Positions 51,225-64,000 of a stretch of DNA of 64,000 bases are shown here, piece after piece. Numbering within the stretch: the stretch's first letter is position 1; each line of letters begins with the position of its first letter. Below the pieces are notes generated by a model, which had not been told where the DNA came from, searched no databases, and saw only the letters and a program-made list of their open reading frames with translations. Position numbers and translations under genes: made by a program. The stretch comes from Octopus bimaculoides (lineage: Eukaryota): NCBI RefSeq assembly GCF_001194135.2, contig NC_069006.1, positions 6,537,793 to 6,601,792 on the forward strand. The letters run 5' to 3'.

Positions 51225-51492
51225 AAATAAATTTTCCATGATTAATATTACTATTATTATTAAAGTTTACATCATAATATTATTATATTATATACGTATT
51301 ATATATATATATATTATTGAACATAATATTATTATATTATATATGTATTATATATTCTTTATTTTCTGGGTTCAAACTCCACCACAGTCAACTTTTGCTG
51401 TCATCCTTTCATGGCAGATAAAATAAGTATCAGATAAACACTGGGGTTGATGTAATCGATGTACCCTCTTCCTTAAAATTGCTAGCCTTCAG

Positions 51493-51800
51493 CCAAAATT
51501 TGAAACCATTATTATATATTCTATTGTATATCCAAAATATCCAAAATTGTAGTGTATATCCAAAATTCCAAAACATGAAACCATTATTATATATTCTAGT
51601 GTATATCCAAAATATCCAAAATACCAAAATTTGAAACCATTATTATATATTCTAGTGTATATCCAAAATTCTAGTGTATATCCAGAATACCAAAATTTGA
51701 AACTATTATTATATATTTTAGTGTATATCCAAAATATCCAAAATTCTAGTCTATGTCCAAAATTCCAAAATTTGAAATTATTATATATTCTAGTGTATAT
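51493..51800 (+). repeat. Minisatellite of about five variable 36-75-bp units seeded from a SINE family D tail
   Basis: Repeats of CCAAAATTTGAAACCATTATTATATATTCTAGTGTATAT with CCAAAATAT sub-repeats, directly continuing the 3' half of a SINE at ~51350-51510. Confidence 0.85.
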
Positions 51801-52289
51801 GGTAGAGCAAGAGTTAAATTCCTAGAAAACTGATTTCTTCAGTCACTTATGATTCAGTTAACAGTCTTTGTAGCAATAATACTCATTAGAAAGACAGAAA
51901 CGACAATCAATCAAATTCTTATCTACAAAGACTGGTGAATTAGCAGAACTAATAGGTACAGTAGCAGAACAATTGATTCCTGAGAAATACTGTCATATTT
52001 CAACATTGTCAGTCCAAATCCTAACAGAGTTGATTTCATCTTTCATCCCTTCCTTCATCTCTTCAGTATCAATAAAATATATAACAGTAATAGACCAGAG
52101 TGGAATCAATGAAATAACTACCTCCTACAAGTGGCCTTAGATCATCAACCTAAGAAATCCTCATTATCACTGCTAGAGTCAATATTATTATTAGTATTAT
52201 TACACATCCCTTTCATGCATATGGGCTCTGTGTGATCATGTAATCAACACGGTTCTTCCCATAAATGTTGCACTAATGTGAAAAATAAT

Positions 52290-52456
52290 TATCCTTATTA
52301 TTGCCAACTCCTGCAGGGGTCAACTTAGCCTTTCAACCTTCTGAAGTGGGGTGGGACTGATAAAATAAACATTAGTGAAATGCAGAGTTGACTTAATCAA
52401 CTGCCTCCATGAGCCCCACCCAAATATTTATGACTTTGTGCATCTGTTAGAAGCCA

Positions 52457-52500
<44 letters not shown>

Positions 52501-52702
52501 AGGCAGTGAGCTGTTACTGTGCCTGACAAAATGCTTAATGCCATTTCTTCTGGCTCTTTAAATTTTGAGTTCAAATACCATTGAGATCAACTTTGTCATT
52601 CATCTTTTCAAGGCTGATAAAAATAGTACTAGTTACGTATTGGGGTTAAAGTAATTGACTTCGACTTCCCCTTCCCCTCAAAACTGCTGGCCTTGTATCA
52701 AA

Positions 52703-52738
<36 letters not shown>

Positions 52739-53637
52739 TTGCTGAGTATGATGGAAAGTGTCAGCTGTCCGCAGCCAGCAGACTAAGGTGACACTTGTTT
52801 ACTGGTCATGCTTCAAGAACTCTTTGAAGAATTCTTGCAGTTCCAAGCAATGCTGATTTTTTGTAGGTGTTCTACCTTCACACTTGCACCAATCTTTCTC
52901 AGCCATGTTGGTAGTTGAGTGCTGGTACTTCCAAGTGCACCAATTACTATAGGTATTATGTCTACTAATTATCATTATTGTTATTATTATTAAGGATGTG
53001 AATTGATAGAATCATTAAAGCATTGAAAAAATTTTTTGTAGTACATATTCTAGTTCTTTATGTTGTGAGTTCAAACCTTGCCACAGTTGATTTTGCCTTT
53101 CATCTTTCTGTTGGTTTTGTGCTTGAATTAGAAACAAATATGTTTTGTTCTTAACAGAGGCACAAGGCCTGAAATCTGGGGAAGGGGTTAGTCAGTAAGA
53201 GTGACCCCCAAAACTTGACTGGTACCTTATTGCCTCAACTCCAGAAGAATGGAAGAAAGAAGTGGTCATCAGCTTTTCAGTACCAACCAAATACTGAGGT
53301 TGATGGTATCAGCTAATTCCACTGATGTCAACTTTGCCTTTCATCCTATCGGGTCAATAAAAAGTAAGTACGAGTGAAGCATTGGGGGTTCAATGTAATC
53401 AACTAGCCTCCTCAAAAATTTCAGGCTTTGTGTCTGTATGGCAGAACTGTTAGCATACCAAGTAAAATGCTTAGCAGTATTTTGTCTACCACTATGTTCT
53501 GTGTTCAAGTTCCACTGAGGTCGATGCCTTTCATCTTCTTGGGATTGATAAATTAAGTATCAGTGAAACACTGGGTTCGATGTAATTGACTAGCCCCACC
53601 CAAAAATAATTCTGGCCTTGTGCCTATAATAGAAGGG

Positions 53638-53672
<35 letters not shown>
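52290..53672 (+). mobile_element. Cluster of SINE family D copies and fragments joined by (TTA)n tracts
   Basis: Approximate copies at 52290-52499, 52500-52737, 52990-53110, 53310-53440 and 53440-53672 on the plus strand, and a fragment near 53150-53260 on the minus strand. Confidence 0.75.
52738..52965 (-). mobile_element. Second R4/Dong-type LINE 3' fragment
   Basis: VDIIPIVIGALGSTSTQLPTWLRKIG...LQK, and after a frameshift ALLGTARIL.RVLEA*. It abuts (TTA)n at 52704-52737. Confidence 0.8.
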
Positions 53673-56600
53673 CATCTGCAGCAGCAACAGCACTTTTGTT
53701 TTGCTCACATTTTTGTTATGTTATGACTTAGTTAATAGCTGCTCATTAAATTATTGAGAAGGAACAAATTCAAGACAATGACTACTAAAGAAGAGTAATT
53801 AATATGACCACACTATAATTACCTTAAAACTATCTGTGATATTTCAGTTTATATCTACAGATACTTAACATTAATTTAACTTACGAAATGAAAAAATAAT
53901 TAATGACCCAGGACTTTGTTTTATCATGTACAAATGTATTAGAATGGATTCTATTTGTCAAAAATCAGAATGTATGGATGAAGCAAGCAAGTATAAAATG
54001 GTTTGTTTCATAATGTCTTTTATTTGTGGAATTTCTTTTATCAATATGTGAAGTCATGTGCTAAATTATACAAGTGACTGTGTAACAAAGTGAAATTACA
54101 CAAAATATACAAAATATATGTTTAGTCAACATAAGACAGTAAATTTGAAAGTGATAAGCACATTGAACAAAAAGAGCTAGTGTCAGTAAGTGATTTAGTG
54201 GAATAGGCAAAATTGTTGCCAAGAAGTCAAACACTGTGAAAATGTGCTGACATAAATCCTAATCATATGAAAGAGAGAATTTTTCTGCTACTCTGCATTC
54301 TTTTTATATTTTCTCAAAAAAATAATCTAGTTTCTAGTAAACTTTTCATTATTAAACGCCTAAGTTTGATGAAGTAGAAGCTGAGAAATTTGACTAGATC
54401 TTTTTTCTTTTTGTTTAACTAACAACCATGTAACAGTACAAATGGTATAAAATATTGGTTTATGCTCATAAATGTATTTTATTACATTCATTAATATTCA
54501 TGAATGGGTACAGGGTTGGCTGTGGCGTTAAAAACTTCGATTTATAACCACATGGTTCTGAGTTTGATTCCATTGCCTGGCATTTTGTCTAAGTTTCTTC
54601 TATAATAGCTTCAAAATGGTAAAGAGGAAACAAGCAGCAATCTGGCATAAATGTTAAGAAAATGGATAGAATGCCTCTCGCTATTTGTTCCAGCTCTCAA
54701 TTCTCAGTTTCCGACATCTGCTGTTCAATGTCAATGAATTGTTTCTATTTGCAAGGAAAATGTTTTAAAAATCTGTGTGTATAGAGGATTGTGGTTACCA
54801 TGTTGTAGTTTAGCCCTAGGTCAACGCTAATTGAACCAAACTATGAGTAAAAGTGTGCTACCCATGATTATCCCATCTTTTATTATTGTAGATAATGAAT
54901 TTAAAATTACAGTGTCTGATATGTCAGTCTTTAAAAAAAAATAGAAAGTAGAGAGAAAATTGAAAGAGAAGAGATTTGACTGCTATTTCAATCAGGTGAA
55001 ACAAACATGTAGAGTCTCTCCCTCAAGGATTCAAAGTGATTGTTGCTTACTATTTTATGATGGTCAGTCTCATTAGAAGAAGACAATCTCATTCCGGCTT
55101 CGTTAGCATATTCCTCATTACAGTTTTCTGTCTACTTTCTATTTTGAACAAAATACTTTTTTTTTTCAGTTATTTTATTCCTATAATTTACATATTCTGT
55201 GTGGAAATTAGCTGTCTGGAGGCAATATTCTTGACATTTAATTCATATAAGCTTTAAGCATTTAACAAACTTTTCCCACCTTGAAATCTAATTCTCTAGA
55301 ATTATGCAAACTGTGATAAACTGTCTGCTATTTTCTAGTTTCCACATTCATTTCCATCCACTGTAACAAATTCACAAGTTATAATAGTTCACATATCGAG
55401 CTAATAATCTAAACATTACTATTTTTAGTCTCTTATGAAAGGTGAATTAAATATGAATAGAATACCAGTTTCTTAATTACTAGCTATATTTAATTACTTT
55501 CAAATAAAATTCCATAATGTTTGCTATTCAATGCATATAAAACAATAATTTCTATTAAATTGTTGATATAATATTGTGTCCAGTGTGATAAATTATAATA
55601 ACAGATTGTTCTAAAGATCAATATATTTTAATATGTATGACATCGTACAGTTTAATACGGATAATGTTTCTTATTAGGTTATTAACAAGGTACATTTTTA
55701 CATTAAGATTTAGACAACAATACTTCAGTTCTTTTTTAATGCAAGTTAGTTGAGGGAAGGGAAACAAGTGTCTGTGACTTTGAGGGTAGGGTACATCCCA
55801 GATTTCTGAGACTACTAATGACCAAATGACAGTATATTAGAGAAGATTTTTGTTTGCTTGAACATTATTACCAATAAACTGATGTTGGCAAGTATTTAGG
55901 TTGTTATTCCTCATCCTGATCATTATTGTTCTAACATCCATTTTTCCATGCTTGCATAAGTCAGGCAGAATTTGTCAGGGCAGATTTTCTATGGCTTGAT
56001 GCACTTCCTATCATCAATTCTTTATTACTATTGTTTCATTTAAACCAATATATATCAGCAAGTAGATTAGTAGTTATTCTTTATTCTTGCTGTATCTTTA
56101 TTTACACACTGGTTTGAATTAGAATTAAAAAATTTAAAGATGGTTCAAAATTTTGTATAATTTGTGTTACTTGTAAAGAGAAAATCTAGTCTAATAACAT
56201 TTGTTTTCATAAATAAATTAAATGACAAGTAATTATAAACAAAATGAAATAAACCGATATATAAACCTAGTTATAATATATTTTATATGTATCTATCTCT
56301 TTACACCTCAACAATTTTTTTTCAATGCATACAAAACAGATATAGTATCTTAGCTCAAAGGTCTTGGACCATGGTTAAGGATTCAAATCTTATGAAATCT
56401 ATTATATCTACTTGGTAAAAAATTCAAACAGACCCCAACATCATTGAGAAAGTTCATTTATTAAGAAAAAAAAAATCATAACCTTTTATGGTGAGAACTT
56501 ACCAGTAATACTAAACTGATAAATTATATAATAAACTATAAACTAACATTTTGTGATCCTTTATTTTAATAACTGTTTCTCACGTTTATATTTATGAAAA

Positions 56601-57714
56601 TTCCTGTTATAGAAAGAGATTTATCATCATCATTATTATTATCATTATTATTGTTGTGGGTGGGTAATAATTGAATGATTGCAGATAATATATTAACATA
56701 TGTGAATGGGCTGTCCTGTATATGAAAGAAAAAGAATTCTATAGTGGAAAATAAAACAAAAAAAAAGTTTGTTAAAAGCATATTCTTTGAACTCTGATTA
56801 ATCAATTTATTTGGTATATGATTTTTCTATTTTTAAAGAAAAAAAAACTATTTCTTTTTGACTGAACGTGAGAAAAATATTTGGGGTTTATAAAAACTTA
56901 ATTGGTTTGGTTTTATCTCTTTTTTTTACCAATTTCTTAATGGAAGTAATCAGCTGAAATTGTGGAAATGTACAGAAGATATTTCTTCAAATTTTAGAGT
57001 AATGATTCACTAGAATACACTTGGTTAGAAAAAAAACAAGTTTTTTTTTTTAAAAGATTTTTTGTTGATGTCGGGCAGAAGATGAAGACTTTTGAGTAAA
57101 GAAACAAGGAAATGTTAGAAAAAAAGGTTAACTGGAAATTGCAAAGACAATGTAGCTTTCTATTTTGTTTTACATAGTCACAAGCTTTTAAATGGGAAAA
57201 TAAATGAAGCTACAAACTGATACAAGTTTTCCTTTTGACAAAAATAATTCTTCCAGAATAAGTTTTGCAAAATAAGGCAAATTTAAATGTCACTAGGATG
57301 ACTTGTTTTGTTTTGCTTCATTTTGTTTTTTTTTTATTCTCTTTTCCATGCCACTGAGCATAAAGAAGAAAATATACACACAGTGAAGACAAATAATTCT
57401 AGATGATCCTGAGATTTGGCTACTAATTTTCTAAATGGTGACATCTGAAAGAGATTTGGTGGTTATTTTCAGCAGATCAGTTAAACTTGTAGTAGTACCT
57501 TTGTGAAATATCTAACAACCATTGTGTCACATTACAACTAAACAATTGCTCTCAAATTCATGACAACTAAAATCATTATTTATAAATAATTTTGTAATGC
57601 TTAAGATTTAATAAGTTGATTTCAGGATTCCAAACTTGTTTTATTTTATGAATAAATCTATATTTTACATGTATCTATATAATTTATTTCATTAATAAAA
57701 TTATATGGAAAGTG

Positions 57715-57752
<38 letters not shown>

Positions 57753-57766
57753 TTGCAATACATACA

Positions 57767-57867
<101 letters not shown>

Positions 57868-58086
57868 ATGTATATTATTCTCTAACCCTAACTGTAATGG
57901 ATAACAAAATGGTAACTGGATATGTAAATTCAAAGCTAGATTTTATAGACACACTAACATTAATTCATTCTTGGATTATGAGGTCATCACACTGCAGCTC
58001 GAAGTCCATATTGTAATAATTTTTATTATTGCAATAAGTGATATATTGATCAATCTTAGTCTTGCCAACCAAGTACTATGTTTTCA

Positions 58087-58117
58087 TTGATGAGATCTGA
58101 TAAGGCTGAAATATGTT
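58087..58117 (+). ncRNA. Degenerate hammerhead-ribozyme-like core
   Basis: TTGATGA, GATCT-GATA-AGGCT, GAAA, TATGTT. It has the same architecture as 4618-4652 but is more decayed. Confidence 0.3.
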
Positions 58118-58789
58118 CATTGCTCTAAAGACCAGACCCCACTTCCACACTACATTTTCTATATGTTCCCAAACTTTCAATGGCTTGCTCTTATATCAGT
58201 TGTTTTCAGATTTTGAGTACCAATCATGGGAGTTTGTATCTACTTACTACATGAATATCTCAGTTAATCAATGTTTCCCAACTCAGTATATGACATATGT
58301 GAGACCCTACAATATTTATTGTATTGGTTCATCAAACATGAAACACTAAATCAATGAGACTATAAACGTCAATAGCCTATGCAAGCAATATTTTCTTGTC
58401 AGGCAGATTAATGCACAAAGAGATAAAACAGTTGCTGGAAAGCCGTAACTCCTGCAGAGTCTCAGGACTAAAGGAAAATGCTCTGCTGAACAACACACTG
58501 TTATAAAATAATGACTTGATAATTACACAATGCAATCAAATGCATTGAATGTTGATAATTATTAGAAATACAATCAAAGAACTGATTCTTCTTTGGTACT
58601 TTATCTTAGCTATATGGTCTAAACAGGAAGATTTCAGTGTTTGGTACAGTAATAGTTATGAGGAGTTTCAGTTTCAACTCTTCACCATTACTCTTGCAAA
58701 ACTCAATTTTGAAGCATATATGGAATGATAGTGTAGTTTAGACTAACTAAATATTACAAGGGTGTTGACAATTTCTGCCAATAGCATGA

Positions 58790-59110
58790 TACTGACTAAG
58801 ATGGTGCAAGAAAAGATGACACAGGGAAGATGGTGAAAATGAAATCAATGTTGACAAACATGGCAATGATGAGGAAGTGAATGACATTGTAATGAAGGTG
58901 ATGTCAATGATGAAAACAGCAGCCATGGCAACAAAAGCAATAAAATTGCCAATGTTTAAGATAACTACAATAATGTTGATGATGAAAACAAAGATTACGA
59001 TGGAGAAACTAATTATGAAGACATTGAACAGGACACTGGCAAAGGTCAAAATTCTGAAGTCAAAGATAAAAATAAAGAGGTAGATGATGATGACATAGCT
59101 ATGAAGATGG
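58790..59110. repeat. Decayed (GAT/AAT)n trinucleotide low-complexity tract
   Basis: Period-3 GAT/GAC/AAT motifs with stops and frameshifts. Confidence 0.7.
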
Positions 59111-59149
59111 AAATGGTTTGGAAAATGGAAACAATAATAATCATCATCA

Positions 59150-59386
59150 TCACACCGTTATCTCTGACTTGTTTCAGTTTTTAGACTGTGGCCATGCTGG
59201 GACAATGCTTTCACGAACTTTTAGTCAAATGAATTGATCCTGGTACTTTTCTTTAAGCCTGATACTTATTCTGTCTTTTGTTAAGCCAGTAAGTTACAGG
59301 GATGTAAATCCACCAATACCAATTGTCAAGTGGTGGTAAGGACAAAGACAAGCACAAAGACACACACACACACGTGCGCATGCATG

Positions 59387-59431
<45 letters not shown>

Positions 59432-62270
59432 GTCAGTAAATGGTGGGGTTGTGTTAACCACACGTGGAGAAATAATAGGAAAATAAAAAATAATAATAAG
59501 GCAGAATGCTAAACTGAAAGCATATTTAAACATAGATGTGTATAAAGGGAATTAAAAAGGATTTCTAACCAGCTTTCATTGAATGACAAATTTTTAAGGA
59601 GAGGGGAAATGAAAATAATGTTTTTTACAAAAATATAAAAAATATATAAAAAAAAATAAATAAATATACCAAGGCATTATATTGTCTTTGAGTTTTTAAA
59701 GTTTAATGGTAATCCACATAGATAATTGTTAGATAGATTAAGATGCATGGAATTAAGAATCGTGTTGTGCTTTAAAAAGGCTGAGAGTTTATGTGTTAAA
59801 CAGGAAGTGTGGTGTCAAAACAGGAAGTGTGTGTAAGGGAAGACAATTCTGTAGGTTTTATACTCTTTAGTTGGTGTTCTGAACTCTGTCAACAGGAAGT
59901 TTATGTCTGTTCTTAGAGAAACAAGACAGAATCTCTACACAAGAAAGAATCGACAAGGAGAATCTTTTTATAGAGAAATTCCAAACCCTTCTTAACATAC
60001 AAACCCCTCGGTGACCATATTCCCTTCTCTCGCCTACCCAATGAAATACATATAAATTTACTTCTTGTTTCTCTAAGAACAGACATAAACTTCCTGTTGA
60101 CAGAGTCCAGAACACCAACTACAGAGTATAAAACCTACAGAATTGTCTTCCCTTACACACACTTCCTGTTTTGACACCACACTTCCTGCTTAACACATAA
60201 ACTTTCAGCCCACTTTTTTTTAAACACAACTCTTAATTCCTTGCATCCTAATCTTTCTAACAATTATCTCCATGGATTACCATTGAACTTTAAAAGCTCA
60301 AAGACAGTATAATGTATTGGTATATTTATTTTTTTATATATTATTTCTTATTTTTTTGTGAAAAACATTTTTATTCTCTCTGTTCTTGAAAATTTGCCAT
60401 ATACACATCTATTTATACACATCTATTTATACACATCTATATTAAAATATGCTTTCAGTTTAGCATTCTGCCTTATTATTATTTTTAATTTTCCTATATA
60501 TATATATATATATATATATGACAGGCTTCTTTCAGTTTCTGTCTATCAAAACAACTCACAAAGCATTGGTCAGCCTGAGGCTATAGAAGACAGTTGCCTA
60601 ATACGCCACATAGTGGGACTGAACAGGAACCAAGCTTCTTATCACCAGCCACGCCAGCACCTATCAGCATAGTTTTTTCTGTCAGCCTTTCCCATGGTGG
60701 TATGGGGTGGAAAGGACTTCTTGAGGCAAGATGTCTTTGCTGACACTAAACTTTATTTATTCCATGTTTGCATATACCAAACTGCCAAATGGGTGCAATT
60801 TCTTTGCAGGGGACATAAACATGCACACACACAAATATATATATTTTATATATATATATATACATACATTTATATTTATATATATGCATAAATATATATA
60901 TTTATACATATGTATAAATATATACCATTGTGTCTCGGATACAAAAATGATATAGATATATACATATGAGAAACTTCCATACAATTTCTGTCTACTAAAT
61001 TTAACTCACAAGAGACTAGTCAAACAAAGACCAGACTATAGCAGAAGACACTTGACTAAAGTGCAATGCAGTGGGATTGAAACCAAAAATCTGTGGACGA
61101 GAAGCAAACTTCTAAACCACATAGCCATGCCTTGTTGCAACAATAGTTATGATGCAAACAATGATGAAGATGAAAATATTTAATGTCCATAAGCAGCTAC
61201 AAATTCTTTGAACTCCATTTAGATTAGACAGCATTTCTAGTGAAAAGTAGAATCAGAAGAACAAGCAGGTGGACAGTGAAAGAAGTTAAATCTTATAGTA
61301 CTGTTAGTTGCAATCAAAGTCAAGTTTTGTACAGAGAATGGAATGAAAATAACAGCCAGAAATAAATAACAATAGAAAGAAATAGCTGATACTTTAATCT
61401 TGTTTATAGACTTGCTTTTTTTTAGTTTACCTTTTCCTTGTTAAAAGAACTGATATGAAGTCAAAATTGAGGATGGAAGAGGTTTTGTGTCTGTGGAATT
61501 AAACAGGATAATCTCCATTACCCAAGAGAGCTGACATAAAAAATGTGACTACAGGAATATTAATAGAGGAAGAATAAACAATGTGCTTTTAAATTCTCAA
61601 AATATTAAGCTAGCTTGTAGTGCATGTAAGACGTGTGTGTGTGATACAGAGGTTTGCATAAACATACGTACACAGACAAAAATCAAGACATCATACATTA
61701 AGTTCTACTACTCCTGAAGTAAGATATAGAATAAGACTGTTTCACAGGAGGAGACATTGAACTGTCACATATGATAATGCAGTGACAGTAATGAACATCT
61801 AAGATTAATATTAAGTAAAAGGTCAGCCAAAAACCACTTTAAAAATTTATAAGACTTTGAAAAACAAAGGAGAAAAGAATCTGATCAGTTTCATGAGAGA
61901 GAAATAATTTAGATTACCTGAAAGACATGAAGGATATTATTAATAAACCAGTAATTAAAAAATTAATGATGCCTAATCCATGATTACATTGGATTAAAAA
62001 ATTATAACAAATGAAAACCAAAATCTAATTCTAGAGTTTTACTCTTTGGTTAAAGTCTTTTCTTATTTTTCTCTCTTATTTGTTTTAGACATTTGGTGGT
62101 TGTCATACTGGAGCACTGCATTGAAGGGCTTAGTTGAACAAATTCACCAACAGTACTTGATTTAAATCTGGCATTTATGCATCCATTCTCTATATGATGA
62201 ACCACTAAGTTACGAGGATGTAAACACACCAACACCAATTTTCAAGTAGAGGTGTCAGGGAACAATTGGT

Positions 62271-62337
<67 letters not shown>

Positions 62338-62340
62338 CTT
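59150..62340 (-). mobile_element. Scattered SINE family A half-copies (about 59150-59430, 60520-60670, 60980-61135, 62060-62340)
   Basis: Each matches either the 5' or the 3' half of the 24872-type copy and breaks at the internal microsatellite. Confidence 0.65.
59478..60494. mobile_element. 1017-bp foldback element with ~440-bp inverted arms and TA flanks
   Basis: Arm 59478-59926 is the reverse complement of arm 60063-60494, around a 136-bp loop. TA at 59476-59477 and 60495-60496. Each arm has three CAGGAAGT motifs. Confidence 0.92.
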
Positions 62341-63500
62341 CAAGTTTTGAGGTCATGCTGATTCAGATAAATGAAAAGTAAAATTTTTTCTTCAATATTC
62401 CAGCAGATGAAGGGTTTTTGGGGAGACATATTCAGCACTGGGTGCTTTGTTTAACATCCAAGACAATCATGATCATCATTTAACATCCGCCTTCTATGCT
62501 AGCATAGGTGGGATGGTTTCACAAGAGCCAGCTAGGCTGAAGCCTGCACCAGACATCTGTTGTAAAAGATTTTATGACAGAAATCAGGGACTTTGGTACT
62601 TTCATAGTATACCATCCACAGAGTTTATAGTATCTTTAATTTTGGATTCTTTAGAGATAAAATGGTCAACATTCTACATCTGGAAGATCCTTTATGTCCT
62701 TCTGCTAAAATTATATATTCTTAGAAAAGAATTCCAGTAACAACTTGAGTACCATATGTTAGAAATTAACCAAAACTTTGTAGTTGTTTCTAAAGGAATT
62801 GAAAGCAGATTGGGTGTCCTTTGTTCTGGAATGTTGGTACATACAGCTATTAAATCCAAATCCATGCTTTTAAACTGTTATGTTATTTTTTTGGTTACTT
62901 TTTGAGATTCCAAATTATTCTTCTCTCTCCAACAAGATATCCTCAAACGATGATCTGAACTTCTAAATTTATTTCATCGACTTTATTTTTTTAAATTCAT
63001 TTTTGGACAGTTGTGACAATCAGTAAGAACCCATTATGGTGAAGAGGTTGGTTGTAAAAACGTTGATGAATTTCCAATATTAAATTGTTACATTAATATA
63101 TTTCCATGCAACAAGGTTTCTTTTTTCTTGTTTTTTTTTTTTTGTATCGTTTTATTAATTATTGTTATCTGCATAACTACTCCAATTTTGTCTTCAAGTA
63201 TTTTAAAAATATTGCTTGTGAATCAAGCATTTTAAACAAGGTTAAGTGAAATAGGTACAGCAATAGTTTTTGTAAGATAAAATTAGATAATATATATAAT
63301 AGCTATTCATTGTGTTACCAGTACTCAATGCCTCGTGAATTAAAAGTAAAACAATATCCTCCAGGATTTGAACCCAGGAACATAATACACTGGGTACAAT
63401 TGCATAGAAATATTAAAATTATTACTGTATGTTTCATTCAAACCCATCCTTAAAACCGTTCCTTTCATCTGTCTCACCTCATTCTTCACTAGCTCATTCC

Positions 63501-63534
<34 letters not shown>

Positions 63535-64000
63535 TCCACCTTCAAAAATTAAAACAAGGAAATAAGTTTGATGAAGCGGAGATATTAAAATAGTAGTTTA
63601 AAACAAGATGAAACTAAGCAAAAATGAGAGAAAGAGAGAGTGGGGGTGGATTATATAGAAGGTGAGGAAGATGTTAAGAAAAAGATAAAGATATTAATAT
63701 TTTCTAAATATTTGTGATGTTCACAGGCAATATTAATCATCAACAGATGCTGTTCATCTCAATACTAAAAACAGTATAGTATGAAGAATATAGTTGCTTA
63801 AAGGCAATAAGAAAGTAGATTGTACTTAAGAGAATGTATTCTCTCATACAATAATAACTCTACTGTTTAGTCTTCCGATATAAACATCACAATTGTTTGT
63901 AGAACAACTATTCAGATTTTCTTGTGCTAATTTTCCAATCAACTAATTCTTTGCTCCTTAACTGATTGCTTAAAGCAAGCTATGTTTGTAATTCCACAAT

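Noticed and set aside
58416-58466. Single LRR-like peptide PETLQELRLSSNCFISL on the minus strand
   Set aside because: There is one repeat only, it is bounded by stops, it has no good donor, and the opposite strand is equally open.
58790-59110. Acidic D/N-rich protein-like reading
   Set aside because: It is a decayed trinucleotide repeat with stops and frameshifts.

Overview
This is AT-rich, microsatellite-dense animal genomic DNA with 7 assembly gaps, five of them flanked by simple repeats. The tRNA-derived SINE families and the (GAT)n-tailed RTE LINE ends resemble those of octopus (coleoid cephalopod); that assignment is my recollection of the repeat families, not a search result. No long intact protein-coding ORF is present, and most entries in the ORF track are microsatellite or repeat artefacts. 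The window reads as intronic or intergenic sequence filled with mobile-element relics: a full-length but dead Tc1 (DD34E) with 127-bp TIRs and a spliceosomal intron in its transposase; an internally deleted maT/DD37D element; RTE, R4/Dong and probable Penelope-like fragments; two families of TTAA-flanked piggyBac-type MITEs; a 170-bp solo LTR; two long foldback elements; and several SINE families. Short exon-like units occur on both strands, but I could not assemble them into a recognisable gene. The best leads are a well-formed AG|GTGAGT candidate recursive splice site within a run of co-oriented minus-strand exon-like units that give no continuous ORF, three degenerate hammerhead-ribozyme-like cores, a 1-kb ETS-motif-bearing foldback, the intron-bearing Tc1, and R4/Dong plus SINE insertions piling up on (TTA)n SINE tails. 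Boundaries of degraded repeats are approximate (about +/-10-20 bp).
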